A stretch of DNA of 34,185 bases from Eubacteriales bacterium (GCA_045535705.1 JAZSMC010000107.1:1-34185); one strand, 5' to 3'. Shown: positions 21,420 through 31,343, counted from the first letter of the stretch. Translations and numbers: made by a program. Notes: generated from the letters alone by a model not told the origin.

Positions 21420-21448
21420 TTGCTTTTTGGAAAAAATCGTGCTATAAT
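21420..21448 (+). promoter_or_regulatory. Candidate sigma-A promoter of the rubrerythrin gene
   Basis: TTGCTT (21420-21425), 17-nt spacer, TATAAT (21443-21448). Confidence 0.45.
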
Positions 21449-21554
21449 TTGAGTATGTGCAGGAGAAATGCGACCTAGTCACAGAACTTTCTCTGAAAAT
21501 GTGGTAAAATAGTGCCACAACAAGAGTTGAAGCCAAAATAAAAAGGAGAATTTG

Positions 21555-22205
21555 ATGATGAAAACTTACAAATGTTTGGTATGTGGAGAAATATTTCAGG
21601 TACAAGACGGCGTAGAGGCAGTTTGCCCCAAGTGCCGTGTGAAAGGAGATAAATTAATGGAAATCAAAACATCCAAGTATGCAGGGACCAAAACCGAGGC
21701 GAACCTGCAAGCCGCCTTTGCGGGAGAATCCCAGGCGCGCAACAAGTACACCTATTTTGCGTCGGTGGCAAAGAAAGAGGGCTTTGAGCAGATCTCTGCG
21801 CTGTTCCAGAAGACCGCGGACAACGAGAAGGAGCACGCAAAGATGTGGTTCAAGGAGCTGGCAGGTCTGGGCAACACCGCCGAGAATCTGGCTGCCGCTG
21901 CCGACGGTGAGAACTATGAGTGGACCGATATGTACGACGGCTTCGCAAAGACCGCCGACGAGGAAGGCTTCCACGACCTGGCGGAGAAATTCCGTCTGGT
22001 GGCTGCCATCGAGAGAAAGCACGAGGAGCGTTACCGCGCGCTGCTGAAGAACGTGGAAACCGCCGCCGTGTTTGAAAAGAGCGAGGTCAAGGTTTGGGAG
22101 TGCCGCAACTGCGGACACATCGTGGTTGGCACCAAGGCGCCCGAGATCTGCCCCACCTGCGCGCATCCTCAAAGCTACTTTGAGATCCACGCGGAAAATT
22201 ATTGA
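21555..22205 (+). CDS. rbr: Rubrerythrin with an additional N-terminal rubredoxin-like Cys4 domain
   Basis: 216 aa. N-terminal CLVCG...CPKC, a ferritin-like diiron core ([18 protein letters not shown]...EKEHAKMW...IERKHEERY), and C-terminal CRNCG...CPTC. The ATG at 21555 follows AAGGAGA. Confidence 0.9.
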   Translation: MMKTYKCLVCGEIFQVQDGVEAVCPKCRVKGDKLMEIKTSKYAGTKTEANLQAAFAGESQARNKYTYFASVAKKEGFEQISALFQKTADNEKEHAKMWFKELAGLGNTAENLAAAADGENYEWTDMYDGFAKTADEEGFHDLAEKFRLVAAIERKHEERYRALLKNVETAAVFEKSEVKVWECRNCGHIVVGTKAPEICPTCAHPQSYFEIHAENY

Positions 22206-22220
22206 TCGAATACCCAATGG

Positions 22221-22259
22221 GGAGCCAAACGCGGAATCGCGTTTGGCTCCTTCTTGTTT
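22221..22259 (+). terminator. Intrinsic terminator of the rubrerythrin gene
   Basis: GGAGCCAAACGCG-GAAT-CGCGTTTGGCTCC followed by TTCTTGTTT. Confidence 0.8.
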
Positions 22260-22333
22260 AGTCTAACCTAACTGGACTCGTTGATTCGAGCTCTCTTATA
22301 TAAGAACAAACCGTAAAAAGAAAGCGTCAAATC

Positions 22334-22362
22334 TTGACTTTTTTTTTCAGATATGATATGAT
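22334..22362 (+). promoter_or_regulatory. Candidate sigma-A promoter of the large surface-protein gene
   Basis: TTGACT (22334-22339), 17-nt spacer, TATGAT (22357-22362). Confidence 0.45.
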
Positions 22363-22396
22363 ATAGGTATCCTTTATGAAAGTACGGTGAAAAGTT

Positions 22397-25300
22397 ATGA
22401 AAATAAAAAAATTCTCGGGATTGTGGATGGGGGCGCTGTCCCTGGTGATCTGTCTGGTGATGCTGTTGCAGATACCCGTGGGGGCGGCGCAGACAAGCCT
22501 GAATTACGGCAAGGGGCTATCCAGCGACGTGACGCTGTCCGCATCCAAGCTGTACGATGCGATGTACGGCGCGGGACTGTCCGCAGCCGAGAAGAAGGCG
22601 CTGGACGCTTTGACCGAGATCTCTTTGACTCACGCCCGTATCCCCGATTCGGTCATTGATCGGGAATACGATGCCGACAGCGGCGTGTTGAAGATTTTGG
22701 TGGAGCCCTATGAATACGTCGCGCAGAATGGGGAAACCGTGCTTTGGATCCCCAAGGCGGTCACCTTCAACGGTGCCACCAAAAAAACGCTGCAAAAAGG
22801 GACGGACGGTGTGTATTTCTGCACCTTCAGCGGCTTGACGCAGTCCCAGACCTTCACGCTGGACGTGGATTTCGATTGGCAAGTGAATATCCCCGTTGAG
22901 ATCGCCAGTACCCTGGTGACGCTCCCTTATACGGTGGGCAAGGACGCCTATGATCGCTTGAAGCCTTACGAGGATTATCAGACGCAACAGCAGGCGTATG
23001 AGAATTATCTGGAAGCAAAGAAGCAGTACCCCATCGATCTGGCGGCGTATGAGAGCTATTTAAAGGCAAAAGCCGCTTATGACGAGAAAAAAGCGCTTTA
23101 CGACAGCTACGTCGCCGCTAAAACGCAGTACGAAGCCGACGTGAAGGCGTACAATGACAACGAAGCCAAGAAAAAGGCGTATGCGGAAGCGGAGGAAGCC
23201 TACTACGCCTATGAAAAACTGCGGGAGCAGAACGCCGCACTTTACGGCAAATACAAAACCTTTTTGAGCAAAATGGAAGTCATCAACGGCGCTCTGGCGA
23301 TCCTGGACAGTGCTTACATCCATGTGATGGCAGATGTGCCGTGGAGCTATTATTTGAGCATCAAGGGTCCCACCGCTACCTCTTTTCTGGATACGTTGCA
23401 GGGGCAGGAGCATCTGACGGGGATCAATCGCTCGCTTTTGGACGAGGCGCGAGCCGCCAGCCAGTCCTTGAAAAATCTTTTGATAGAGTACGAAAAGGTT
23501 TCCAATGCCTCTTACGGCTCCAAATTTGAGCGCACTATGGCAAAATACGCCTATTATCGGGCGCATTACGACGAGCTTTGCCGCAGCCTGAAGACCTTCT
23601 ATCTGGACATGGAAGCCATCTACTGCACCAAGGGGATCCCCGGATTGGTGGCAATGAAGGGAAAGACCGTGCAGATGCAGATCATGATCGCGCAAAGCTA
23701 CGCCCTGTACGCTGCCCTCAACGATTCGGTGACCATGGACACCAACTGGACGCTGGAAGGTCGTCTGCTTAACGATATTCTTTACAAGGAGCATCGGTTG
23801 ACCGACAGCAACAGAGCGGATCCCACCACGGTGGAGATCCCCCAAGCCGAGGTGGTGCTTCCCGATTCCTTGCCCGAGCCCGTGAAGCATCCGGGAGAGC
23901 CGAACTATATTGAAAATATGGCGGTTCCCACCATGAAATGGACGGGTGCGATCCCTTCTAACCCTGGAAATGCACCAACGGTAGTGAAAAATCCAGGAAA
24001 TGAGCCCGTTGCGGTGGACCCACCCGTGGGAGAATGTCCCCCCAACCCCATGCTGTCCGATATCGAATCGGCGTTGGCGAAGGAATACAAAGCGGGGACG
24101 CTGAAAAAACGCCAGGACGTGCAGACCGATCAGAGGGTGACCTTGCATCAGAGGGTGACCTGCAAGCGGAGTCTGGAGAATATTAAGACCGTGACCTTCT
24201 ACGGCTTTGACGGCGAAAAGCTGGGCGAGATCTCGGTGCATTGGGGGCAGTCCTTGGGATTGTTCCGGGATCAGATCCCCTCGCACAAAAAGGATGGGGA
24301 CGAGCGCAATTCGGAATACTGGTTCTTGGGATGGGTGTATTTTGGTACCGTCAATCCATCCGAATCGGATTATCTGGATCTGACCACCCTGCGGGTAACG
24401 AAGGATCTGAATATTACTCCTCATTACCAAACCGAGCCCCGTTTGTACAAGGTGGTGTGGAAGATCCCCGGGAAGACTCCGGTCACGCAGACCTATTCCT
24501 ACGGGCAGACGCATCAGTGTCCTTTTACTGCCGACGATGTGAAACGGGAACCCGATGGGGATATTTCTTTTGAATTTATCGGTTGGGAGTCCCAGACCTC
24601 CGGTTATACGGTGACCTACACCGCGACCTACAAGGTTCCCGTTTATACGGTGACCTGGATCGTGGGAGAGCAGACCTATTACACCAAGGTTCCCTACGGT
24701 GAAACCGCCGACGACAGCGAAATTCCGAAGGGAATTCCCGCAGATGATTACACCTATGTTTTTGAACGGTGGGACCGCTCCTTTGAGCCCTTGAAGGGGG
24801 ACGTGACCTACAAAGCCATTCACACGCCGTCGAGCAGACCGTTGGCAAGCAACGGCGACGGCAGCGTTTGCGAGGCGGAGCATACCGACGCCGCGGTGAT
24901 CCTCAAGCCCACCGATCCCATGGTGCGGTTCAAGTCCGCCGCCGAGTATGCTTTGGGGCTGGATCGGCAGTTAGAGGTGGCTTGGGAGAATTTCTCGGTG
25001 ACCTTTACCGCGGAGCAATTGCAGACTCTGGCGCAGGGGGGCTGCGTGAATCTGCGTCTGCGGAAGACCGCGGGACAGTATGCGGGCACCGTGTATTATC
25101 AGATCGAATTCCTGGATCAGATCGGCAGACCGCTGAATTTTGATCTTTCGGTCTTGGTCAGCGTTGGCTGTCCAAAAGATGACGGCGTGGTTGGAACGGT
25201 GTATTCGCAGACCGACGGCACCCTCACCGAGATGGAAGCGGAGCGTTACGTCGGGCGGCTATTGCTGACCGTGGATGCGGATCAGCAGATCGTTTACCGT

Positions 25301-25990
25301 ACCGAATACGTGATGAGCTATACCGATCCCACGCAGAACAGCCAGTTGACCGCGTTGCCCCCTCGCGCGGCAGAGGGTGATACCGTGGATCTGAACGTGA
25401 AATGCGGATACGGCTACGAGGTGGTGGGCGCCGTCCTCACCTATGCCGACGGCAGGACCGAAACGGTGACGGGAACGTCCTTCGTGATGCCCGCGGCGCT
25501 CCGTTCTGTTGAATTGAAGGTGGAAAAGATCGCGTTTGAGATCACCTTCGTGGCGGACGGCGCAGTGTATCATACGGTGAAATTGTTCTTTGGGGATAAG
25601 CTGGAATTGCCCGACGCGCCCACCAAGGCGGACGACGGGGAATATACCTATTCCTTTGCGGGCTGGTCCCCCGAGGTGTGGAACAGCGCCGTATATTTGG
25701 ATCAGCGCAATCCCGTCTTTGAGGCGGTGTTCACCGCACATGAAAAGAGCGTTACGGCGGCTGAGGAATATCGCGGCAGCTTCCTGACGCGTATCATTCT
25801 CATCGGACTGGGCGGGATGCTGTTGGCGGCAGGCGTGATTTTGAGCATCGTTTACCGACGTCGGCTGATTCCGTGGGTAAAGCGGACGGCTTGCGGCTTT
25901 GGCGCGTTTGTGAAAAACGGATTCAAAGGCAAGAAAGAACCGCAACCCAAGGCGGAAGCATCCGAATCAACCGAGGAGTCGGAAGAATAA
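22397..25990 (+). CDS. Large membrane-anchored surface protein with Listeria-Bacteroides (InlB B-repeat-like) domains
   Basis: 1197 aa. N-terminal signal peptide; a Tyr/Lys/Ala-rich helical region; several repeats of the type Y.F.GW (YWFLGW, FEFIGW, YVFERW, YSFAGW); a C-terminal TM helix (IILIGLGGMLLAAGVILSIVY) followed by a basic/acidic tail. Confidence 0.85.
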   Translation: MKIKKFSGLWMGALSLVICLVMLLQIPVGAAQTSLNYGKGLSSDVTLSASKLYDAMYGAGLSAAEKKALDALTEISLTHARIPDSVIDREYDADSGVLKILVEPYEYVAQNGETVLWIPKAVTFNGATKKTLQKGTDGVYFCTFSGLTQSQTFTLDVDFDWQVNIPVEIASTLVTLPYTVGKDAYDRLKPYEDYQTQQQAYENYLEAKKQYPIDLAAYESYLKAKAAYDEKKALYDSYVAAKTQYEADVKAYNDNEAKKKAYAEAEEAYYAYEKLREQNAALYGKYKTFLSKMEVINGALAILDSAYIHVMADVPWSYYLSIKGPTATSFLDTLQGQEHLTGINRSLLDEARAASQSLKNLLIEYEKVSNASYGSKFERTMAKYAYYRAHYDELCRSLKTFYLDMEAIYCTKGIPGLVAMKGKTVQMQIMIAQSYALYAALNDSVTMDTNWTLEGRLLNDILYKEHRLTDSNRADPTTVEIPQAEVVLPDSLPEPVKHPGEPNYIENMAVPTMKWTGAIPSNPGNAPTVVKNPGNEPVAVDPPVGECPPNPMLSDIESALAKEYKAGTLKKRQDVQTDQRVTLHQRVTCKRSLENIKTVTFYGFDGEKLGEISVHWGQSLGLFRDQIPSHKKDGDERNSEYWFLGWVYFGTVNPSESDYLDLTTLRVTKDLNITPHYQTEPRLYKVVWKIPGKTPVTQTYSYGQTHQCPFTADDVKREPDGDISFEFIGWESQTSGYTVTYTATYKVPVYTVTWIVGEQTYYTKVPYGETADDSEIPKGIPADDYTYVFERWDRSFEPLKGDVTYKAIHTPSSRPLASNGDGSVCEAEHTDAAVILKPTDPMVRFKSAAEYALGLDRQLEVAWENFSVTFTAEQLQTLAQGGCVNLRLRKTAGQYAGTVYYQIEFLDQIGRPLNFDLSVLVSVGCPKDDGVVGTVYSQTDGTLTEMEAERYVGRLLLTVDADQQIVYRTEYVMSYTDPTQNSQLTALPPRAAEGDTVDLNVKCGYGYEVVGAVLTYADGRTETVTGTSFVMPAALRSVELKVEKIAFEITFVADGAVYHTVKLFFGDKLELPDAPTKADDGEYTYSFAGWSPEVWNSAVYLDQRNPVFEAVFTAHEKSVTAAEEYRGSFLTRIILIGLGGMLLAAGVILSIVYRRRLIPWVKRTACGFGAFVKNGFKGKKEPQPKAEASESTEESEE

Positions 25991-25995
25991 ACAAC

Positions 25996-26032
25996 AAGGG
26001 TGAGTCAAACTAAAGGCGTTTGACTCACCCTT
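25996..26032. terminator. Bidirectional hairpin between the convergent surface-protein and birA genes
   Basis: AAGGGTGAGTCAAAC-TAAAGGC-GTTTGACTCACCCTT (15-bp perfect stem). Confidence 0.6.
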
Positions 26033-26046
26033 GAACACGATTCGGT

Positions 26047-26820
26047 TTACTGAAATCGGATGGAGATCTCTCCGCTTTGGAGCAGTTCCTCGGTTCCGTC
26101 GTGGTAGCGAACCAGCAATCTTCCGCGCCCGTCAATTTCTTGGGCGACGCAGGGGAGCGCGGTTCCGTTTTCGATCCGCAGGATCTCTTTTCCAATCACA
26201 CAGGAGTACTCGCGGTAATCCTTGAGCCAGCCGCTGTCCAAAGGATTCCGAACGTAGGGAAGCAGCTGCGTCACGATCTCGGAGATCAGCTCCGAGCGAG
26301 GGAGTGTTGGTTGATCCAGCGTTCCCGCAATGGATTCCAGCTCTTTGGGAAAGGTCATGGGGCGGAGATTGATTCCGATGCCCACGATCAGCGAGGTGCG
26401 CGATCCTACGGTCACGGCTTCGGTCAGGATCCCACAGACCTTTCGTTCGTCGAGGAGCAGATCGTTCACCCATTTGATCCCTGTTTGCAGTCCCGTGAGT
26501 GCGCGAATTGCGCGCATCACCGCCACCGACGCGGCGCAGGTCAGGGTTAGAGCGGAGGACAGCGCTCCCGTAAGAGGGAATACGATTGAAACGTAAACGC
26601 CCGTTCCGTCGGGAGAAAGAAAGCTCCTGCCCTGCCTGCCGCGTCCGTCGGATTGACTGTGGGCAACGATCAGAGCGGTGAGGTCGGGATCCGACAGCGC
26701 CAGCTCCTTTGCCAGCGTGTTGGTGGACGGACAGCAGTCCAGAACGTGAATTTGCATACCGTTGGTGTGTTTTTTCAATTTTTCTTGCAAAACGGATGGG
26801 TTTAAAACGTCGTTTGTCAT
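26047..26820 (-). CDS. birA: Biotin-[acetyl-CoA-carboxylase] ligase (class I, no N-terminal HTH)
   Basis: 257 aa. The GRGRQGRSF biotin/ATP-binding motif is present, and the C-terminal SH3-like domain is retained. Confidence 0.88.
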   Translation of the reverse strand: MTNDVLNPSVLQEKLKKHTNGMQIHVLDCCPSTNTLAKELALSDPDLTALIVAHSQSDGRGRQGRSFLSPDGTGVYVSIVFPLTGALSSALTLTCAASVAVMRAIRALTGLQTGIKWVNDLLLDERKVCGILTEAVTVGSRTSLIVGIGINLRPMTFPKELESIAGTLDQPTLPRSELISEIVTQLLPYVRNPLDSGWLKDYREYSCVIGKEILRIENGTALPCVAQEIDGRGRLLVRYHDGTEELLQSGEISIRFQ

Positions 26821-26861
26821 GGCAAACTCCTTGTGAAAATGATTCAGAGAAGGTATAAAAA

Positions 26862-27497
26862 ATGGAAATTTTATGGGAAACGGATGATCTTATAGCAGTC
26901 GTCAAGCCCCCCGAGCTGGTTTCGGAGCAGGTTGGGGACGGTTCGGGCTTGGGAGATCTGTTGGCTGAACGGAACGGGGGATACGTCGGCGTGATCCACC
27001 GCATGGATCGAGGGGTTGGCGGCGTGACGGTCTATGCCAAAAATCGGGAGATGGCGGCAATCCTTTCGGCGGCGGTGCGGGAGCATCGCATGGAGAAGGT
27101 CTATCTTGCTGTCACGCAGGGGATCCCCGACGAGGTGTCGGGGGAATTGCGGGACCTGCTTTACTATGACCGCCGAAAAAACAAGGTGTATCCCGTTGAT
27201 CGAAAGCGAAACGGTGTCAAGGAAGCGATTTTGCAATACAGGGTGTTAAAAACCACGGTCCATCCCCAAACTCAACAGCCCTTGGCGCTGGTGGAAGTTA
27301 CTCCCGTCACGGGAAGAACGCATCAGATCCGCGTGCAGTTTGCGTCGAGAAAGCTGCCTCTGCTGGAAGATCGGAAATACGGCGGAACGGGAAATTCGGG
27401 TATTTCCCTGGTTTGCCACCGCATCACTCTGCCCGACGGAAAAAAGGTGATCTATCAACCGACGGGAAGTCCGTGGGATTGGTTTGGCTCCGTATAA
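26862..27497 (+). CDS. RluA-family pseudouridine synthase (no S4 domain)
   Basis: 211 aa. Catalytic HRMDRGVGG (HRLD-type Asp motif) and TGRTHQIRVQF. Confidence 0.85.
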   Translation: MEILWETDDLIAVVKPPELVSEQVGDGSGLGDLLAERNGGYVGVIHRMDRGVGGVTVYAKNREMAAILSAAVREHRMEKVYLAVTQGIPDEVSGELRDLLYYDRRKNKVYPVDRKRNGVKEAILQYRVLKTTVHPQTQQPLALVEVTPVTGRTHQIRVQFASRKLPLLEDRKYGGTGNSGISLVCHRITLPDGKKVIYQPTGSPWDWFGSV

Positions 27498-27556
27498 AGT
27501 TTTTGCCGTTGGTGCAAACTAATCTTGCGATGTCGTGAAATGATAGGAGAGTAGAT

Positions 27557-28522
27557 ATGATTTTTGAAAAACAGGTGGAAAACGCGTACCTGAAGGCGGT
27601 TCGTTCCCGTTGCGACGATCACGGTACGGCGTATTACTATTCCGCGTCGGATTTTGAAGGGCTTCGGCAGAGCCCCTATCCCTTCGAGAATCTCCGAGGC
27701 GAGCGGTTGCAGGGGTATTTTTATCAGTACGATTCTCCCAAGCCCTACCGCATCGTGATCTTTGACCACGGAATGGGCGGGGGACACCGTTCTTATATGA
27801 AGGAGATCGAGTGTCTGGCGAAGCACGGGTATCTGGTGTTTGCGTACGACCATACGGGCTGCATGGAATCCGAGGGGGCGCACACTAACGGTTTTGCCCA
27901 GTCCTTGGCAGACCTTCACGCCGCGCTGACCACACTGGAAAAGGATCCCGACTATTCGGCGTTCACTTTTTCGGTGGTGGGGCATAGCTGGGGCGGGTTT
28001 TCCGCGTTGAACATTGCCGCGTTGCATCCCGAGATCACCCACGTGGTCGCCATTTCGGGCTTCTTGTCGGTGGAGCGGATGCTGGGGCAGGTGTTCGGCG
28101 GCATCATGAAGCCTTATTATCGGCAAGCGTACCGCCTGGAGCAGGAGAGCAACCCCGATTTCATCGGTTACAAAGCCGAGGAAAGTCTGGCGAATTTCAA
28201 GGGACGGGCGTTGGTGATCCACTCCGCCGACGACGCCACGGTGCATAGCAAGCATCATTTCCGTGTCTTGAAACGGACGTTGGAGCACAACGACCGCGTG
28301 CGTTTTTTAGAGGTTTCGGGGAAGGGACATAACCCCAACTATACCGCTGACGCGGTGCGCTATAAGGACGCCTATCTGGCGGAGCTGAAAAGCCGTGCCA
28401 AAAAAGGAGAGCTGGAGAGCGAGGATGCCAAGCGCGCCTTCGTGCGGAAGTTTGATTGGGATCGCATGACTGCCCAGGACGAATCGGTCTGGCGTGAAAT
28501 TTTCGCCACCCTGGACGCGTAA
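27557..28522 (+). CDS. Alpha/beta-fold hydrolase
   Basis: 321 aa. Nucleophile elbow GHSWGG, and the context fits a Ser-Asp-His triad (HSADD...GKGHNP). TAGGAGAG RBS. Confidence 0.8.
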   Translation: MIFEKQVENAYLKAVRSRCDDHGTAYYYSASDFEGLRQSPYPFENLRGERLQGYFYQYDSPKPYRIVIFDHGMGGGHRSYMKEIECLAKHGYLVFAYDHTGCMESEGAHTNGFAQSLADLHAALTTLEKDPDYSAFTFSVVGHSWGGFSALNIAALHPEITHVVAISGFLSVERMLGQVFGGIMKPYYRQAYRLEQESNPDFIGYKAEESLANFKGRALVIHSADDATVHSKHHFRVLKRTLEHNDRVRFLEVSGKGHNPNYTADAVRYKDAYLAELKSRAKKGELESEDAKRAFVRKFDWDRMTAQDESVWREIFATLDA

Positions 28523-28550
28523 ATAAGATTTAAGAAAATTATAACACAGA

Positions 28551-28588
28551 ATCCGCAAAGAATCAACCGTTCTCTGCGGATTTTTTTG
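28551..28588 (+). terminator. Intrinsic terminator of the hydrolase gene
   Basis: ATCCGCA-A-AGAA...TTCT-C-TGCGGAT followed by TTTTTTT. Confidence 0.7.
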
Positions 28589-28734
28589 TGTTTTGAAATG
28601 TTTTTTTTAACAAAACTTAAAAAACTTTTTCGGTATTCACAAGGATTTCACATTTCCGTTGTATAATAAGCATGGTTCTTTTTTGACAATTTTTGTCTGA
28701 AAACGGCTAAAATTCGAAAGCGGGAGTGCTTTTT

Positions 28735-29961
28735 ATGGAACGAAAGAAACCAAACAAAAAGAAAAAATGGATCAAATTTCGCCACCGCGTGGTGCGAAAT
28801 CTGGCGTATGCGGTGCTGTACCCTTACAGCCGTATCAAGTATGGCATCCGCATCACCAAATTCAGGGAGCAGGGGAATCGCCCCTATCTGATCCTGTATA
28901 ATCATCAGACTGCTTTCGATCAGTTTTTCGTTGGTATGGCGTTCAAGGGACCCGTTTATTACGTTGCCAGCGAGGATATTTTTTCCATGGGGAAGGTGTC
29001 CGACCTGTTGCGTTATTTGGTGGCGCCCATTCCCATTAAGAAGCAGACCAACGACGCCAGAGCGGTGCTGACCTGCGGTCGGGTTGCCAAGGAGGGAGGC
29101 TCCATTGCCGTGGCTCCCGAGGGGAACCGCACCTACAGCGGCGTTACCGAATACATCAAGCCCTCCATCGTGGGATTGGTTCGTTTTTTGCGGCTTCCCG
29201 TGGCGTTTTACCGCCTTGAGGGAGGGTACGGCGTTCAACCCAGATGGAGTGACGCGGTTCGTCGGGGAACCCTTCGCGGCGGCGTTGCGTCGGTGATGGA
29301 GCCTGAGGAATACAAAAAGCTGTCCGACGACGAGCTGTACCGCCGTATCTGCGAGGCTCTGTACGTGGATGAATATTCCATTGAGGAAAATTACTTCCAT
29401 AAAAAAAGCGCCGAATATCTGGAACGGGCGATCTACGTTTGCCCCGATTGCGGTCTTTCCGAATTTGAGAGCCGTGGGGACGTGATCTCCTGCAAGAAGT
29501 GCGGGAAAACGGTGCGCTATCTGCCGAATAAGAGATTGGAAGGCGTGGGCTGTGAATTCCCGTTTTCCACCGTGACCGAGTGGTACCGCCATCAGATCGG
29601 CTTCGTAAACGGGCTGGACTATACCAAAGCTCCGGATCAACTGCTTTATGAGGATACGGTGGAGCTTTCCGAAGTGATCCTGTACCATGGAAAGAAGCTG
29701 TTGAGAGAAAAAGCCGTATGGCGTTTGTACGGTGACCGTTTCACGGTGGACGAGGGGACCGACGGTCAGTTGACCTTGCCCTTTTCCGAGTTGAGCGTGG
29801 TGACCGTGCTGGGCAAGAACAAATTGAACGTGTACCACAAGGAAACCGTATATCAGATCAAGGGCTCTAAGCGGATGAACGCTTTGAAATACATGAATTT
29901 TTACTACCGCTATAAGAATTTGACGGAGGAGGTTGAGGACCGTGAATTTTTGGGACTTTAA
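28735..29961 (+). CDS. Lysophospholipid/1-acyl-glycerol-3-phosphate acyltransferase family protein with a C-terminal zinc-ribbon-containing extension
   Basis: 408 aa from the ATG at 28735, after a GGGAG RBS. Acyltransferase motifs NHQTAFD (HX4D) and APEGNRT, then CPDCG...CKKCG. Confidence 0.8.
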   Translation: MERKKPNKKKKWIKFRHRVVRNLAYAVLYPYSRIKYGIRITKFREQGNRPYLILYNHQTAFDQFFVGMAFKGPVYYVASEDIFSMGKVSDLLRYLVAPIPIKKQTNDARAVLTCGRVAKEGGSIAVAPEGNRTYSGVTEYIKPSIVGLVRFLRLPVAFYRLEGGYGVQPRWSDAVRRGTLRGGVASVMEPEEYKKLSDDELYRRICEALYVDEYSIEENYFHKKSAEYLERAIYVCPDCGLSEFESRGDVISCKKCGKTVRYLPNKRLEGVGCEFPFSTVTEWYRHQIGFVNGLDYTKAPDQLLYEDTVELSEVILYHGKKLLREKAVWRLYGDRFTVDEGTDGQLTLPFSELSVVTVLGKNKLNVYHKETVYQIKGSKRMNALKYMNFYYRYKNLTEEVEDREFLGL

Positions 29962-31342
29962 GGTGTGGGGGAGCGTGCTGCTGTTTTGTGTGTTGCTGGG
30001 GGCGTTGCTGCTGGCGAATATGCTGAAAAAGTGGATCCGTCCCTTGGAATATTCCCTGATTCCCACGTCGGTACTGGGCGGCTTGATCTTATTGCTGATC
30101 TCTGCCGTTTACAAATGGATCACGGGGGACGAAATGTTCAATACCGCTCTGTTTGGTGGAAGCGGCTCCGATACCCTGGAGATCTTGACCTATCATTGCC
30201 TGGCGTTGGGCTTTATCGCGTCGGCGTTCAAGGGCTCCAAGAACGGATTTGGGAAAAAGCGCGCCACGGAGATCTTTGATTCGGGCGTGACCACCGTTGC
30301 CACTTATCTTTTGCAGGCGGTGGTGGGAATGGGGATCACCATGCTGGCGGCATGGCTCTTCATGGACGGCTTTTTTGAAGCGGCGGGCATCCTGCTTCCC
30401 TTCGGCTACGGTCAGGGTAGCGGTCAGGCGATGAACTACGGCAATATTTACGAAATGGATTACGGCTTCGTCAACGGAAAGAGCTTTGGGCTGACGGTTG
30501 CCGCCATGGGCTTTTTGAGCGCCGCCATCGGCGGAGTGATCCACCTGAACTTCATCAAGCATCGCAGAAAGGTGCAGGTGAAGCGCGGGGAAGACCAGGA
30601 GCTGAAGCTGGAAACCATTCAGGGAACGGACGAGATCCCCATGCAGGGAAGCATGGACAAGATGACCGTGCAGATCGCTTACATCGCGGTGGCGTATTTC
30701 TTCGTGTATTTGTTGATGACTGCGCTGGGCAATCTGCTTCCCGGGATGCGTTCGGTGATCTTTGGATTCAACTTCCTGTTGGGCGTGTTGGTTGCGACGC
30801 TCATGAAGACCGTCGTGAATCTTTTGCATAAAAAAGGAGTGATCCGCCGAAAGCAGACCAACGATTTTCTTATGACGCGGGCGAGCAATTTCTTCTTTGA
30901 TCTGATGGTGGTGGCAGGCGTTGCCGCGATCCGTCTGGAAACCTTTGAGAAATACTGGGCGATCTTGCTGATCCTGGGCGTCGTGGGCTTGGTGATCACA
31001 TATGTCTACAATCTGATCGTGGCGAGAACGCTGTTCAAGGAGTATTCCAAGGAGCAGTTCTTGGCAATGTTCGGAATGCTGACGGGGACTGCCAGCACGG
31101 GAATCATCCTGCTGCGTGAATTGGACGGCACGTTTGAAACACCCGCGGCGGATAACCTGGTGTATCAGACCTTGCCTGCCATCGTGTTTGGTTTCCCCAT
31201 GATGCTGCTTGCGACGCTGGCGCCCGTGAAGCCGAAGCTGACGCTGATCATTTTGGCACTGTTTTTCGTTGCCATGAATATTCTGTTGTTCCGTTCTCTG
31301 ATCTTCCGAAAGAGAAGCGGAAAAGCGAAGAAGCAAAAATAA
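29942..31342 (+). CDS. gltS: Sodium:glutamate symporter family protein (GltS-like)
   Basis: 466 aa from the GTG at 29942, about 9 nt after GGAGGAGG, overlapping the upstream gene's 3' end. It is a polytopic membrane protein with GltS-like blocks (IPTSVLGGLILL, FGYGQGSGQA, GMLTGTASTGIILLRE). Confidence 0.65.
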   Translation: MNFWDFKVWGSVLLFCVLLGALLLANMLKKWIRPLEYSLIPTSVLGGLILLLISAVYKWITGDEMFNTALFGGSGSDTLEILTYHCLALGFIASAFKGSKNGFGKKRATEIFDSGVTTVATYLLQAVVGMGITMLAAWLFMDGFFEAAGILLPFGYGQGSGQAMNYGNIYEMDYGFVNGKSFGLTVAAMGFLSAAIGGVIHLNFIKHRRKVQVKRGEDQELKLETIQGTDEIPMQGSMDKMTVQIAYIAVAYFFVYLLMTALGNLLPGMRSVIFGFNFLLGVLVATLMKTVVNLLHKKGVIRRKQTNDFLMTRASNFFFDLMVVAGVAAIRLETFEKYWAILLILGVVGLVITYVYNLIVARTLFKEYSKEQFLAMFGMLTGTASTGIILLRELDGTFETPAADNLVYQTLPAIVFGFPMMLLATLAPVKPKLTLIILALFFVAMNILLFRSLIFRKRSGKAKKQK

Positions 31343-31343
31343 A

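Noticed and set aside
22387-22659. 90-aa ORF overlapping the start of the surface-protein gene
   Set aside because: It is out of frame with the 1197-aa ORF, which has a proper signal peptide, and its product is Arg/Gly/Asp-rich with no motifs.
23060-24883. 607-aa minus-strand ORF
   Set aside because: It is antisense to the 1197-aa surface-protein gene. The composition is Arg/Gly/His-rich shadow-frame and no motifs are present.
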